Origin: Eledone cirrhosa
Taxonomy: Eukaryota
Direction of reading: 5' to 3'
Length of the DNA stretch: 64,000 nucleotides
Assembly: GCA_964016885.1 (NCBI GenBank)
Contig: OZ024766.1
Location: 21,142,001-21,206,000, forward strand
Positions 38,901 through 53,807 of this stretch are shown piece after piece. Below the pieces are notes generated by a model, which was not told the DNA's origin, did not search any database, and saw nothing but the letters and a program-made list of their open reading frames with translations. Position 1 is the first letter of the stretch, and each line of letters opens with the position of its first letter. Both the position numbers and the translations under genes were made by a program.

Positions 38901-41900
38901 GACCCCTCTCCTGGCCCTTACTGTCTCTCACCTTCTCAACCACAGACACAGCCAGACCCCTCTCCTGGCCCTTACTGACTCTCACCTTCTCAACCACAGA
39001 CACAGCCAGACCCCTCTCCTGGCCCTTACTGTCTCTCACCTTCTCAACCACAGACACAGCCAGACCCCTCTCCTGGCCCTTACTGACTCTCACCTTCTCA
39101 ACCACAGACACAGCCAGACCCCTCTCCTGGCCCTTACTGTCTCTCACCTTCTCAACCACAGACACAGCCAGACCCCTCTCCTGGCCCTTACTGACTCTCA
39201 CCTTCTCAACCACAGACACAGCCAGACCCCTCTCCTGGCCCTTACTGTCTCTCACCTTCTCAACCACAGACACAGCCAGACCCCTCTCCTGGCCCTTACT
39301 GTCTCTCACCTTCTCAACCACAGACACAGCCAGACCCCTCTCCTGGCCCTTACTGACTCTCACCTCAGCCACAGACACAGCCAGACCCCTCTCCTGGCCC
39401 TTACTGTCTCTCACCTCAACCACAGACACAGCCAGACCCCTCTCCTGGCCCTTACTGACTCTCACCTTCTCAACCACAGACACAGCCAGACCCCTCTCCT
39501 GGCCCTTACTGTCTCTCACCTTCTCAACCACAGACACAGCCAGACCCCTCTCCTGGCCCTTACTGTCTCTCACCTTCTCACCCACAGACACAGCCAGACC
39601 CCTCTCCTGGCCCTTACTGTCTCTCACCTTCTCAGCCACAGACACAGCCAGACCCCTCTCCTGGCCCTTACTGACTCTCACCTTCTCAGCCACAGACACA
39701 GCCAGACCCCTCTCCTGGCCCTTACTGTCTCTCACCTTCTCAACCACAGACACAGCCAGACCCCTCTCCTGGCCCTTACTGTCTCTCACCTTCTCAGCCA
39801 CAGACACAGCCAGACCCCTCTCCTGGCCCTTACTGTCTCTCACCTTCTCACCCACAGACACAGCCAGACCCCTCTCCTGGCCCTTACTGTCTCTCACCTC
39901 AGCCACAGACACAGCCAGACCCCTCTCCTGGCCCTTACTGTCTCTCACCTCAGCCACAGACACAGCCAGACCCCTCTCCTGGCCCTTACTGTCTCTCACC
40001 TCAGCCACAGACACAGCCAGACCCCTCTCCTGGCCCTTACTGTCTCTCACCTTCTCAGCCACAGACACAGCCAGACCCCTCTCCTGGCCCTTACTGTCTC
40101 TCACCTTCTCAGCCACAGACACAGCCAGACCCCTCTCCTGGCCCTTACTGTCTCTCACCTCAGCCACAGACACAGCCAGACCCCTCTCCTGGCCCTTACT
40201 GTCTCTCACCTTCTCACCCACAGACACAGCCAGACCCCTCTCCTGGCCCTTACTGTCTCTCACCTCAGCCACAGACACAGCCAGACCCCTCTCCTGGCCC
40301 TTACTGTCTCTCACCTTCTCAGCCACAGACACAGCCAGACCCCTCTCCTGGCCCTTACTGTCTCTCACCTTCTCACCCACAGACACAGCCAGACCCCTCT
40401 CCTGGCCCTTACTGTCTCTCACCTTCTCACCCACAGACACAGCCAGACCCCTCTCCTGGCCCTTACTGTCTCTCACCTTCTCAGCCACAGACACAGCCAG
40501 ACCCCTCTCCTGGCCCTTACTGGCTCTCACCTCACCCACAGACACAGCCAGACCCCTCTCCTGGCCCTTACTGTCTCTCACCTTCTCACCCACAGACACA
40601 GCCAGACCCCTCTCCTGGCCCTTACTGTCTCTCACCTTCTCAGCCACAGACACAGCCAGACCCCTCTCCTGGCCCTTACTGGCTCTCACCTCACCCACAG
40701 ACACAGCCAGACCCCTCTCCTGGCCCTTACTGTCTCTCACCTCAGCCACAGACACAGCCAGACCCCTCTCCTGGCCCTTACTGTCTCTCACCTCAGCCAC
40801 AGACACAGCCAGACCCCTCTCCTGGCCCTTACTGTCTCTCACCTCAGCCACAGACACAGCCAGACCCCTCTCCTGGCCCTTACTGTCTCTCACCTTCTCA
40901 GCCACAGACACAGCCAGACCCCTCTCCTGGCCCTTGCTGTCTCTCACCTTCTCAGCCACAGACACAGCCAGACCCCTCTCCTGGCCCTTACTGTCTCTCA
41001 CCTCAGCCACAGACACAGCCAGACCCCTCTCCTGGCCCTTGCTGTCTCTCACCTTCTCAGCCACAGCCACAGCCAGACCCCTCTCCTGGCCCTTACTGTC
41101 TCTCACCTTCTCAGCCACAGACACAGCCAGACCCCTCTCCTGGCCCTTGCTGTCTCTCACCTTCTCAGCCACAGACACAGCCAGACCCCTCTCCTGGCCC
41201 TTACTGTCTCTCACCTCAGCCACAGACACAGCCAGACCCCTCTCCTGGCCCTTACTGTCTCTCACCTTCTCAGACACAGCCAGACCCCTCTCCTGGCCCT
41301 TACTGTCTCTCACCTTCTCAGACACAGCCAGACCCCTCTCCTGGCCCTTACTGTCTCTCACCTTCTCAGCCACAGACACAGCCAGACCCCTCTCCTGGCC
41401 CTTACTGTCTCTCACCTCAGCCACAGACACAGCCAGACCCCTCTCCTGGCCCTTACTGACTCTCACCTTCTCACCCACAGACACAGCCAGACCCCTCTCC
41501 TGGCCCTTACTGACTCTCACCTTCTCACCCACAGACACAGCCAGACCCCTCTCCTGGTCCTTACTGTCTCTCACCTTCTCAACCACAGACACAGCCAGAC
41601 CCCTCTCCTGGCCCTTACTGTCTCTCACCTTCTCAACCACAGACACAGCCAGACCCCTCTCCTGGCCCTTACTGTCTCTCACCTCAGCCACAGACACAGC
41701 CAGACCCCTCTCCTGGCCCTTACTGTCTCTCACCTTCTCACCCACAGCCACAGCCAGACCCCTCTCCTGGCCCTTACTGTCTCTCACCTCAGCCACAGAC
41801 ACAGCCAGACCCCTCTCCTGGCCCTTACTGTCTCTCACCTCAGCCACAGACACAGCCAGACCCCTCTCCTGGCCCTTACTGTCTCTCACCTCAGCCACAG

Positions 41901-44900
41901 ACACAGCCAGACCCCTCTCCTGGCCCTTACTGACTCTCACCTTCTCAACCACAGACACAGCCAGACCCCTCTCCTGGCCCTTACTGTCTCTCACCTCAGC
42001 CACAGACACAGCCAGACCCCTCTCCTGGCCCTTACTGACTCTCACCTCAGCCACAGACACAGCCAGACCCCTCTCCTGGCCCTTACTGTCTCTCACCTCA
42101 GCCACAGACACAGCCAGACCCCTCTCCTGGCCCTTACTGTCTCTCACCTTCTCACCCACAGACACAGCCAGACCCCTCTCCTGGCCCTTACTGTCTCTCA
42201 CCTTCTCAGCCACAGACACAGCCAGACCCCTCTCCTGGCCCTTACTGTCTCTCACCTTCTCAACCACAGACACAGCCAGACCCCTCTCCTGGCCCTTACT
42301 GTCTCTCACCTTCTCAGCCACAGACACAGCCAGACCCCTCTCCTGGCCCTTACTGTCTCTCACCTTCTCAGCCACAGACACAGCCAGACCCCTCTCCTGG
42401 CCCTTACTGTCTCTCACCTTCTCAACCACAGACACAGCCAGACCCCTCTCCTGGCCCTTACTGTCTCTCACCTTCTCAACCACAGACACAGCCAGACCCC
42501 TCTCCTGGCCCTTACTGTCTCTCACCTCAGCCACAGACACAGCCAGACCCCTCTCCTGGCCCTTACTGTCTCTCACCTTCTCAGCCACAGACACAGCCAG
42601 ACCCCTCTCCTGGCCCTTACTGTCTCTCACCTTCTCAACCACAGACACAGCCAGACCCCTCTCCTGGCCCTTACTGTCTCTCACCTCAGCCACAGACACA
42701 GCCAGACCCCTCTCCTGGCCCTTACTGTCTCTCACCTTCTCAACCACAGACACAGCCAGACCCCTCTCCTGGCCCTTACTGTCTCTCACCTTCTCAGCCA
42801 CAGACACAGCCAGACCCCTCTCCTGGCCCTTACTGTCTCTCACCTTCTCAGCCACAGACACAGCCAGACCCCTCTCCTGGCCCTTACTGTCTCTCACCTT
42901 CTCAACCACAGACACAGCCAGACCCCTCTCCTGGCCCTTACTGTCTCTCACCTTCTCAACCACAGACACAGCCAGACCCCTCTCCTGGCCCTTACTGTCT
43001 CTCACCTCAGCCACAGACACAGCCAGACCCCTCTCCTGGCCCTTACTGTCTCTCACCTTCTCAGCCACAGACACAGCCAGACCCCTCTCCTGGCCCTTAC
43101 TGTCTCTCACCTTCTCAGCCACAGACACAGCCAGACCCCTCTCCTGGCCCTTACTGTCTCTCACCTTCTCAACCACAGACACAGCCAGACCCCTCTCCTG
43201 GCCCTTACTGTCTCTCACCTCAGCCACAGACACAGCCAGACCCCTCTCCTGGCCCTTACTGTCTCTCACCTTCTCAGCCACAGACACAGCCAGACCCCTC
43301 TCCTGGCCCTTACTGTCTCTCACCTCAGCCACAGCCACAGCCAGACCCCTCTCCTGGCCCTTACTGACTCTCACCTTCTCAGCCACAGACACAGCCAGAC
43401 CCCTCTCCTGGCCCTTACTGGCTCTCACCTCAGCCACAGACACAGCCAGACCCCTCTCCTGGCCCTTACTGGCTCTCACCTCAGCCACAGACACAGCCAG
43501 ACCCCTCTCCTGGCCCTTACTGTCTCTCACCTCACCCACAGACACAGCCAGACCCCTCTCCTGGCCCTTACTGACTCTCACCTCAGCCACAGACACAGCC
43601 AGACCCCTCTCCTGGCCCTTACTGTCTCTCAACTTCTCACCCACAGACACAGCCAGACCCCTCTCCTGGCCCTTACTGTCTCTCACCTTCTCAACCACAG
43701 ACACAGCCAGACCCCTCTCCTGGCCCTTACTGACTCTCACCTTCTCAGCCACAGACACAGCCAGACCCCTCTCCTGGCCCTTACTGTCTCTCACCTTCTC
43801 AACCACAGACACAGCCAGACCCCTCTCCTGGCCCTTACTGACTCTCACCTTCTCAGCCACAGACACAGCCAGACCCCTCTCCTGGCCCTTACTGACTCTC
43901 ACCTTCTCACCCACAGACACAGCCAGACCCCTCTCCTGGCCCTTACTGTCTCTCACCTTCTCAGACACAGCCAGACCCCTCTCCTGGCTCTTACTGTCTC
44001 TCACCTTCTCAGACACAGACACAGCCAGACCCCTCTCCTGGCCCTTACTGACTCTCACCTTCTCAGCCACAGACACAGCCAGACCCCCTCTCCTGGCCCT
44101 TACTGTCTCTCACCTTCTCAGCCACAGACACAGCCAGACCCCTCTCCTGGCCCTTACTGTCTCTCACCTTCTCAGACACAGCCAGACCCCTCTCCTGGCT
44201 CTTACTGTCTCTCACCTTCTCAGACACAGACACAGCCAGACCCCTCTCCTGGCCCTTACTGACTCTCACCTTCTCAGCCACAGACACAGCCAGACCCCTC
44301 TCCTGGCCCTTACTGTCTCTCACCTTCTCAGCCACAGACACAGCCAGACCCCTCTCCTGGCCCTTACTGTCTCTCACCTTCTCAGACACAGCCAGACCCC
44401 TCTCCTGGCCCTTACTGTCTCTCACCTTCTCAGACACAGCCAGACCCCTCTCCTGGCCCTTACTGACTCTCACCTTCTCAGCCACAGACACAGCCAGACC
44501 CCTCTCCTGGCCCTTACTGTCTCTCACCTTCTCAGCCACAGACACAGCCAGACCCCTCTCCTGGCCCTTACTGTCTCTCACCTTCTCAGACACAGCCAGA
44601 CCCCTCTCCTGGCTCTTACTGTCTCTCACCTTCTCAGACACAGACACAGCCAGACCCCTCTCCTGGCCCTTACTGACTCTCACCTTCTCAGCCACAGACA
44701 CAGCCAGACCCCTCTCCTGGCCCTTACTGTCTCTCACCTTCTCAGCCACAGACACAGCCAGACCCCTCTCCTGGCCCTTACTGTCTCTCACCTTCTCAGA
44801 CACAGCCAGACCCCTCTCCTGGCCCTTACTGTCTCTCACCTTCTCAGACACAGCCAGACCCCTCTCCTGGCCCTTACTGACTCTCACCTTCTCAGCCACA

Positions 44901-47900
44901 GACACAGCCAGACCCCTCTCCTGGCCCTTACTGTCTCTCACCTTCTCAGCCACAGACACAGCCAGACCCCTCTCCTGGCCCTTACTGTCTCTCACCTTCT
45001 CAGACACAGCCAGACCCCTCTCCTGGCTCTTACTGTCTCTCACCTTCTCAGACACAGACACAGCCAGACCCCTCTCCTGGCCCTTACTGACTCTCACCTT
45101 CTCAGCCACAGACACAGCCAGACCCCTCTCCTGGCCCTTACTGTCTCTCACCTTCTCAGCCACAGACACAGCCAGACCCCTCTCCTGGCCCTTACTGTCT
45201 CTCACCTTCTCAGACACAGCCAGACCCCTCTCCTGGCCCTTACTGTCTCTCACCTTCTCAGACACAGCCAGACCCCTCTCCTGGCCCTTACTGTCTCTCA
45301 CCTTCTCAGACACAGCCAGACCCCTCTCCTGGCCCTTACTGTCTCTCACCTTCTCAGCCACAGACACAGCCAGACCCCTCTCCTGGCCCTTACTGTCTCT
45401 CACCTTCTCAGACACAGCCAGACCCCTCTCCTGGCCCTTACTGTCTCTCACCTTCTCAGCCACAGACACAGCCAGACCCCTCTCCTGGCCCTTACTGTCT
45501 CTCACCTTCTCAGACACAGCCAGACCCCTCTCCTGGCCCTTACTGTCTCTCACCTTCTCACCCACAGACACAGCCAGACCCCTCTCCTGGCCCTTACTGT
45601 CTCTCACCTTCTCAGCCACAGACACAGCCAGACCCCTCTCCTGGCCCTTACTGGCTCTCACCTCACCCACAGACACAGCCAGACCCCTCTCCTGGCCCTT
45701 ACTGTCTCTCACCTCAGCCACAGACACAGCCAGACCCCTCTCCTGGCCCTTACTGTCTCTCACCTCAGCCACAGACACAGCCAGACCCCTCTCCTGGCCC
45801 TTACTGTCTCTCACCTCAGCCACAGACACAGCCAGACCCCTCTCCTGGCCCTTACTGTCTCTCACCTTCTCAGCCACAGACACAGCCAGACCCCTCTCCT
45901 GGCCCTTGCTGTCTCTCACCTTCTCAGCCACAGACACAGCCAGACCCCTCTCCTGGCCCTTACTGTCTCTCACCTCAGCCACAGACACAGCCAGACCCCT
46001 CTCCTGGCCCTTGCTGTCTCTCACCTTCTCAGCCACAGCCACAGCCAGACCCCTCTCCTGGCCCTTACTGTCTCTCACCTTCTCAGCCACAGACACAGCC
46101 AGACCCCTCTCCTGGCCCTTGCTGTCTCTCACCTTCTCAGCCACAGACACAGCCAGACCCCTCTCCTGGCCCTTACTGTCTCTCACCTCAGCCACAGACA
46201 CAGCCAGACCCCTCTCCTGGCCCTTACTGTCTCTCACCTTCTCAGACACAGCCAGACCCCTCTCCTGGCCCTTACTGTCTCTCACCTTCTCAGACACAGC
46301 CAGACCCCTCTCCTGGCCCTTACTGTCTCTCACCTTCTCAGCCACAGACACAGCCAGACCCCTCTCCTGGCCCTTACTGTCTCTCACCTCAGCCACAGAC
46401 ACAGCCAGACCCCTCTCCTGGCCCTTACTGACTCTCACCTTCTCACCCACAGACACAGCCAGACCCCTCTCCTGGCCCTTACTGACTCTCACCTTCTCAC
46501 CCACAGACACAGCCAGACCCCTCTCCTGGTCCTTACTGTCTCTCACCTTCTCAACCACAGACACAGCCAGACCCCTCTCCTGGCCCTTACTGTCTCTCAC
46601 CTTCTCAACCACAGACACAGCCAGACCCCTCTCCTGGCCCTTACTGTCTCTCACCTCAGCCACAGACACAGCCAGACCCCTCTCCTGGCCCTTACTGTCT
46701 CTCACCTTCTCACCCACAGCCACAGCCAGACCCCTCTCCTGGCCCTTACTGTCTCTCACCTCAGCCACAGACACAGCCAGACCCCTCTCCTGGCCCTTAC
46801 TGTCTCTCACCTCAGCCACAGACACAGCCAGACCCCTCTCCTGGCCCTTACTGTCTCTCACCTCAGCCACAGACACAGCCAGACCCCTCTCCTGGCCCTT
46901 ACTGACTCTCACCTTCTCAACCACAGACACAGCCAGACCCCTCTCCTGGCCCTTACTGTCTCTCACCTCAGCCACAGACACAGCCAGACCCCTCTCCTGG
47001 CCCTTACTGACTCTCACCTCAGCCACAGACACAGCCAGACCCCTCTCCTGGCCCTTACTGTCTCTCACCTCAGCCACAGACACAGCCAGACCCCTCTCCT
47101 GGCCCTTACTGTCTCTCACCTTCTCACCCACAGACACAGCCAGACCCCTCTCCTGGCCCTTACTGTCTCTCACCTTCTCAGCCACAGACACAGCCAGACC
47201 CCTCTCCTGGCCCTTACTGTCTCTCACCTTCTCAACCACAGACACAGCCAGACCCCTCTCCTGGCCCTTACTGTCTCTCACCTTCTCAGCCACAGACACA
47301 GCCAGACCCCTCTCCTGGCCCTTACTGTCTCTCACCTTCTCAGCCACAGACACAGCCAGACCCCTCTCCTGGCCCTTACTGTCTCTCACCTTCTCAACCA
47401 CAGACACAGCCAGACCCCTCTCCTGGCCCTTACTGTCTCTCACCTTCTCAACCACAGACACAGCCAGACCCCTCTCCTGGCCCTTACTGTCTCTCACCTC
47501 AGCCACAGACACAGCCAGACCCCTCTCCTGGCCCTTACTGTCTCTCACCTTCTCAGCCACAGACACAGCCAGACCCCTCTCCTGGCCCTTACTGTCTCTC
47601 ACCTTCTCAGCCACAGACACAGCCAGACCCCTCTCCTGGCCCTTACTGTCTCTCACCTTCTCAACCACAGACACAGCCAGACCCCTCTCCTGGCCCTTAC
47701 TGTCTCTCACCTCAGCCACAGACACAGCCAGACCCCTCTCCTGGCCCTTACTGTCTCTCACCTTCTCAACCACAGACACAGCCAGACCCCTCTCCTGGCC
47801 CTTACTGTCTCTCACCTTCTCAGCCACAGACACAGCCAGACCCCTCTCCTGGCCCTTACTGTCTCTCACCTTCTCAGCCACAGACACAGCCAGACCCCTC

Positions 47901-50900
47901 TCCTGGCCCTTACTGTCTCTCACCTTCTCAACCACAGACACAGCCAGACCCCTCTCCTGGCCCTTACTGTCTCTCACCTTCTCAACCACAGACACAGCCA
48001 GACCCCTCTCCTGGCCCTTACTGTCTCTCACCTCAGCCACAGACACAGCCAGACCCCTCTCCTGGCCCTTACTGTCTCTCACCTTCTCAGCCACAGACAC
48101 AGCCAGACCCCTCTCCTGGCCCTTACTGTCTCTCACCTTCTCAGCCACAGACACAGCCAGACCCCTCTCCTGGCCCTTACTGTCTCTCACCTTCTCAACC
48201 ACAGACACAGCCAGACCCCTCTCCTGGCCCTTACTGTCTCTCACCTCAGCCACAGACACAGCCAGACCCCTCTCCTGGCCCTTACTGTCTCTCACCTTCT
48301 CAGCCACAGACACAGCCAGACCCCTCTCCTGGCCCTTACTGTCTCTCACCTCAGCCACAGCCACAGCCAGACCCCTCTCCTGGCCCTTACTGACTCTCAC
48401 CTTCTCAGCCACAGACACAGCCAGACCCCTCTCCTGGCCCTTACTGGCTCTCACCTCAGCCACAGACACAGCCAGACCCCTCTCCTGGCCCTTACTGGCT
48501 CTCACCTCAGCCACAGACACAGCCAGACCCCTCTCCTGGCCCTTACTGTCTCTCACCTCACCCACAGACACAGCCAGACCCCTCTCCTGGCCCTTACTGA
48601 CTCTCACCTCAGCCACAGACACAGCCAGACCCCTCTCCTGGCCCTTACTGTCTCTCAACTTCTCACCCACAGACACAGCCAGACCCCTCTCCTGGCCCTT
48701 ACTGTCTCTCACCTTCTCAACCACAGACACAGCCAGACCCCTCTCCTGGCCCTTACTGACTCTCACCTTCTCAGCCACAGACACAGCCAGACCCCTCTCC
48801 TGGCCCTTACTGACTCTCAACTTCTCACCCACAGCCACAGCCAGACCCCTCTCCTGGCCCTTACTGACTCTCACCTTCTCACCCACAGACACAGCCAGAC
48901 CCCTCTCCTGGCCCTTACTGTCTCTCACCTTCTCAGACACAGCCAGACCCCTCTCCTGGCTCTTACTGTCTCTCACCTTCTCAGACACAGACACAGCCAG
49001 ACCCCTCTCCTGGCCCTTACTGACTCTCACCTTCTCAGCCACAGACACAGCCAGACCCCTCTCCTGGCCCTTACTGTCTCTCACCTTCTCAGCCACAGAC
49101 ACAGCCAGACCCCTCTCCTGGCCCTTACTGTCTCTCACCTTCTCAGACACAGCCAGACCCCTCTCCTGGCTCTTACTGTCTCTCACCTTCTCAGACACAG
49201 ACACAGCCAGACCCCTCTCCTGGCCCTTACTGACTCTCACCTTCTCAGCCACAGACACAGCCAGACCCCTCTCCTGGCCCTTACTGTCTCTCACCTTCTC
49301 AGCCACAGACACAGCCAGACCCCTCTCCTGGCCCTTACTGTCTCTCACCTTCTCAGACACAGCCAGACCCCTCTCCTGGCCCTTACTGTCTCTCACCTTC
49401 TCAGACACAGCCAGACCCCTCTCCTGGCCCTTACTGACTCTCACCTTCTCAGCCACAGACACAGCCAGACCCCTCTCCTGGCCCTTACTGTCTCTCACCT
49501 TCTCAGCCACAGACACAGCCAGACCCCTCTCCTGGCCCTTACTGTCTCTCACCTTCTCAGACACAGCCAGACCCCTCTCCTGGCTCTTACTGTCTCTCAC
49601 CTTCTCAGACACAGACACAGCCAGACCCCTCTCCTGGCCCTTACTGACTCTCACCTTCTCAGCCACAGACACAGCCAGACCCCTCTCCTGGCCCTTACTG
49701 TCTCTCACCTTCTCAGCCACAGACACAGCCAGACCCCTCTCCTGGCCCTTACTGTCTCTCACCTTCTCAGACACAGCCAGACCCCTCTCCTGGCCCTTAC
49801 TGTCTCTCACCTTCTCAGACACAGCCAGACCCCTCTCCTGGCCCTTACTGACTCTCACCTTCTCAGCCACAGACACAGCCAGACCCCTCTCCTGGCCCTT
49901 ACTGTCTCTCACCTTCTCAGCCACAGACACAGCCAGACCCCTCTCCTGGCCCTTACTGTCTCTCACCTTCTCAGACACAGCCAGACCCCTCTCCTGGCTC
50001 TTACTGTCTCTCACCTTCTCAGACACAGACACAGCCAGACCCCTCTCCTGGCCCTTACTGACTCTCACCTTCTCAGCCACAGACACAGCCAGACCCCTCT
50101 CCTGGCCCTTACTGTCTCTCACCTTCTCAGCCACAGACACAGCCAGACCCCTCTCCTGGCCCTTACTGTCTCTCACCTTCTCAGACACAGCCAGACCCCT
50201 CTCCTGGCCCTTACTGTCTCTCACCTTCTCAGACACAGCCAGACCCCTCTCCTGGCCCTTACTGTCTCTCACCTTCTCAGACACAGCCAGACCCCTCTCC
50301 TGGCCCTTACTGTCTCTCACCTTCTCAGCCACAGACACAGCCAGACCCCTCTCCTGGCCCTTACTGTCTCTCACCTTCTCAGACACAGCCAGACCCCTCT
50401 CCTGGCCCTTACTGTCTCTCACCTTCTCAGCCACAGACACAGCCAGACCCCTCTCCTGGCCCTTACTGTCTCTCACCTTCTCAGACACAGCCAGACCCCT
50501 CTCCTGGCCCTTACTGTCTCTCACCTTCTCAGACACAGCCAGACCCCTCTCCTGGCCCTTACTGTCTCTCACCTTCTCAGACACAGCCAGACCCCTCTCC
50601 TGGCCCTTACTGTCTCTCACCTTCTCAGCCACAGACACAGCCAGACCCCTCTCCTGGCCCTTACTGTCTCTCACCTTCTCAGACACAGCCAGACCCCTCT
50701 CCTGGCCCTTACTGTCTCTCACCTTCTCAGACACAGCCAGACCCCTCTCCTGGCTCTTACTGTCTCTCACCTTCTCAGACACAGACACAGCCAGACCCCT
50801 CTCCTGGCCCTTACTGACTCTCACCTTCTCAGCCACAGACACAGCCAGACCCCTCTCCTGGCCCTTACTGTCTCTCACCTTCTCAGCCACAGACACAGCC

Positions 50901-53545
50901 AGACCCCTCTCCTGGCCCTTACTGTCTCTCACCTTCTCAGACACAGCCAGACCCCTCTCCTGGCCCTTACTGTCTCTCACCTTCTCAGACACAGCCAGAC
51001 CCCTCTCCTGGCCCTTACTGTCTCTCACCTTCTCAGACACAGCCAGACCCCTCTCCTGGCCCTTACTGTCTCTCACCTTCTCAGACACAGCCAGACCCCT
51101 CTCCTGGCCCTTACTGTCTCTCACCTTCTCAGACACAGCCAGACCCCTCTCCTGGCCCTTACTGACTCTCACCTTCTCAGCCACAGACACAGCCAGACCC
51201 CTCTCCTGGCCCTTACTGTCTCTCACCTTCTCAGCCACAGACACAGCCAGACCCCTCTCCTGGCCCTTACTGTCTCTCACCTTCTCAGACACAGCCAGAC
51301 CCCTCTCCTGGCTCTTACTGTCTCTCACCTTCTCAGACACAGCCAGACCCCTCTCCTGGCTCTTACTGTCTCTCACCTTCTCAGACACAGCCAGACCCCT
51401 CTCCTGGCTCTTACTGTCTCTCACCTTCTCAGACACAGCCAGACCCCTCTCCTTGCCCTTACTGACTCTAACCTTCTCAGCCACAGACACAGCCAGACCC
51501 CTCTCCTGGCTCTTACTGTCTCTCACCTTCTCAGCCACAGCCAGACCCCTCTCCTGGCCCTTACTGTCTCTCACCTTCTCAGACACAGCCAGACCCCTCT
51601 CCTTGCCCTTACTGTCTCTCACCTTCTCAGACACAGCCAGACCCCTCTCCTGGCCCTTACTGTCTCTCACCTTCTCAGCCACAGACACAGCCAGACCCCT
51701 CTCCTTGCCCTTACTGTCTCTCACCTTCTCAGACACAGCCAGACCCCTCTCCTGGCCCTTACTGTCTCTCACCTTCTCAGCCACAGACACAGCCAGACCC
51801 CTCTCCTGGCTCTTACTGTCTCTCACCTTCTCAGACACAGCCAGACCCCTCTCCTTGCCCTTACTGTCTCTCACCTTCTCAGACACAGCCAGACCCCTCT
51901 CCTTGCCCTTACTGTCTCTCACCTTCTCAGACACAGCCAGACCCCTCTCCTGGCCCTTACTGTCTCTCACCTTCTCAGCCACAGACACAGCCAGACCCCT
52001 CTCCTGGCTCTTACTGTCTCTCACCTTCTCAGACACAGCCAGACCCCTCTCCTTGCCCTTACTGTCTCTCACCTTCTCAGACACAGCCAGACCCCTCTCC
52101 TTGCCCTTACTGTCTCTCACCTTCTCAGACACAGCCAGACCCCTCTCCTGGCCCTTACTGTCTCTCACCTTCTCAGCCACAGACACAGCCAGACCCCTCT
52201 CCTGGCTCTTACTGTCTCTCACCTTCTCAGACACAGCCAGACCCCTCTCCTTGCCCTTACTGTCTCTCACCTTCTCAGACACAGCCAGACCCCTCTCCTG
52301 GCCCTTACTGTCTCTCACCTTCTCAGACACAGCCAGACCCCTCTCCTGGCTCTTACTGTCTCTCACCTTCTCAGACACAGCCAGACCCCTCTCCTGGCCC
52401 TTACTGTCTCTCACCTTCTCAGCCACAGACACAGCCAGACCCCTCTCCTGGCTCTTACTGACTCTCACCTTCTCAGCCACAGACACAGCCAGACCCCTCT
52501 CCTGGCCCTTACTGTCTCTCACCTTCTCAGCCACAGACACAGCCAGACCCCTCTCCTGGCCCTTACTGACTCTCACCTTCTCAGCCACAGACACAGCCAG
52601 ACCCCTCTCCTGGCCCTTACTGACTCTAACCTTCTCAGCCACAGACACAGCCAGACCCCTCTCCTGGCCCTTACTGTCTCTCACCTTCTCAGACACAGCC
52701 AGACCCCTCTCCTGGCCCTTACTGTCTCTCACCTTCTCACCCACAGACACAGCCAGACCCCTCTCCTGGCCCTTACTGACTCTCACCTTCTCAGCCACAG
52801 ACACAGCCAGACCCCTCTCCTGGCCCTTACTGTCTCTCACCTCAGCCACAGCCACAGCCAGACCCCTCTCCTGGCCCTTACTGACTCTCACCTTCTCAGC
52901 CACAGCCACAGCCAGACCCCTCTCCTGGCCCTTACTGACTCTCACCACCTCGGCCACAGACACAGCCAGACCCCTCTCCTGGCCCTTACTGGCTCTCACC
53001 TTCTCAGCCACAGACACAGCCAGACCCCTCTCCTGGCCCTTACTGTCTCTCACCTCAGCCACAGACACAGCCAGACCCCTCTCCTGGCCCTTACTGACTC
53101 TCATCTTCTCAGCCACAGACACAGCCAGACCCCTCTCCTGGCCCTTACTGACTCTCATCTTCTCACCCACAGACACAGCCAGACCCCTCTCCTGGCCCTT
53201 ACTGACTCTCACCTTCTCACCCACAGACACAGCCAGACCCCTCTCCTGGCCCTTACTGGCTCTCACCTCAGCCACAGACACAGCCAGACCCCTCTCCTGG
53301 CCCTTACTGGCTCTCACCTCAGCCACAGACACAGCCAGACCCCTCTCCTGGCCCTTACTGGCTCTCACCTCACCTTCACAGACACATCCAGACCCCTCTC
53401 CTGGCCCTTACTGACTCTCATCTTCTCAGCCACAGACACAGCCAGACCCCTCTCCTGGCCCTTACTGGCTCTCACCTCAGACACAGCCAGACCCCTCTCC
53501 TGGCCCTTACTGACTCTCATCACCTCACCCACAGACACAGCCACA
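26915..53545. repeat. Giant ~26.6-kb minisatellite, units 48/51/54 bp (cagccagacccctctcctggcccttactgtctctcacct[tct]cagccacagaca), roughly 500 copies
   Basis: Directly visible; strongly C-rich on the + strand. Confidence 0.98.
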
Positions 53546-53807
53546 TAGCCAGCAAGAAGCAGCAGTCCTTAAGACGAATAAGGTATTCTAAGAACACACA
53601 CACACACAGTAAGTCCATGTTGTTTACATCCTACGCTCATTCTATTCTTCCATCTTATTGTGATGTTGTAACGTAGTAGGGATACATACAGTCACGCTAG
53701 CTCGTAGCAGCTAGCCAGTTTTTAAAGTAGTGAGAAGTTCTGTCATATTGTTATTGTAAAATAAACGTTGTTAAGAACATAACTCTGGCATTATTCCTTT
53801 CATGAAT

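Noticed and set aside
26849-53548. 8899-aa and other multi-thousand-residue ORFs as genuine giant proteins
   Set aside because: They are translations of a stop-free minisatellite, open on both strands. The peptide switches frame mid-ORF and there are no unique domains.
53621-53639. Resemblance to miR-30 (tgtttacatcctacgctca)
   Set aside because: Mismatches fall in the seed, no convincing hairpin partner is seen, and the family is vertebrate-restricted.
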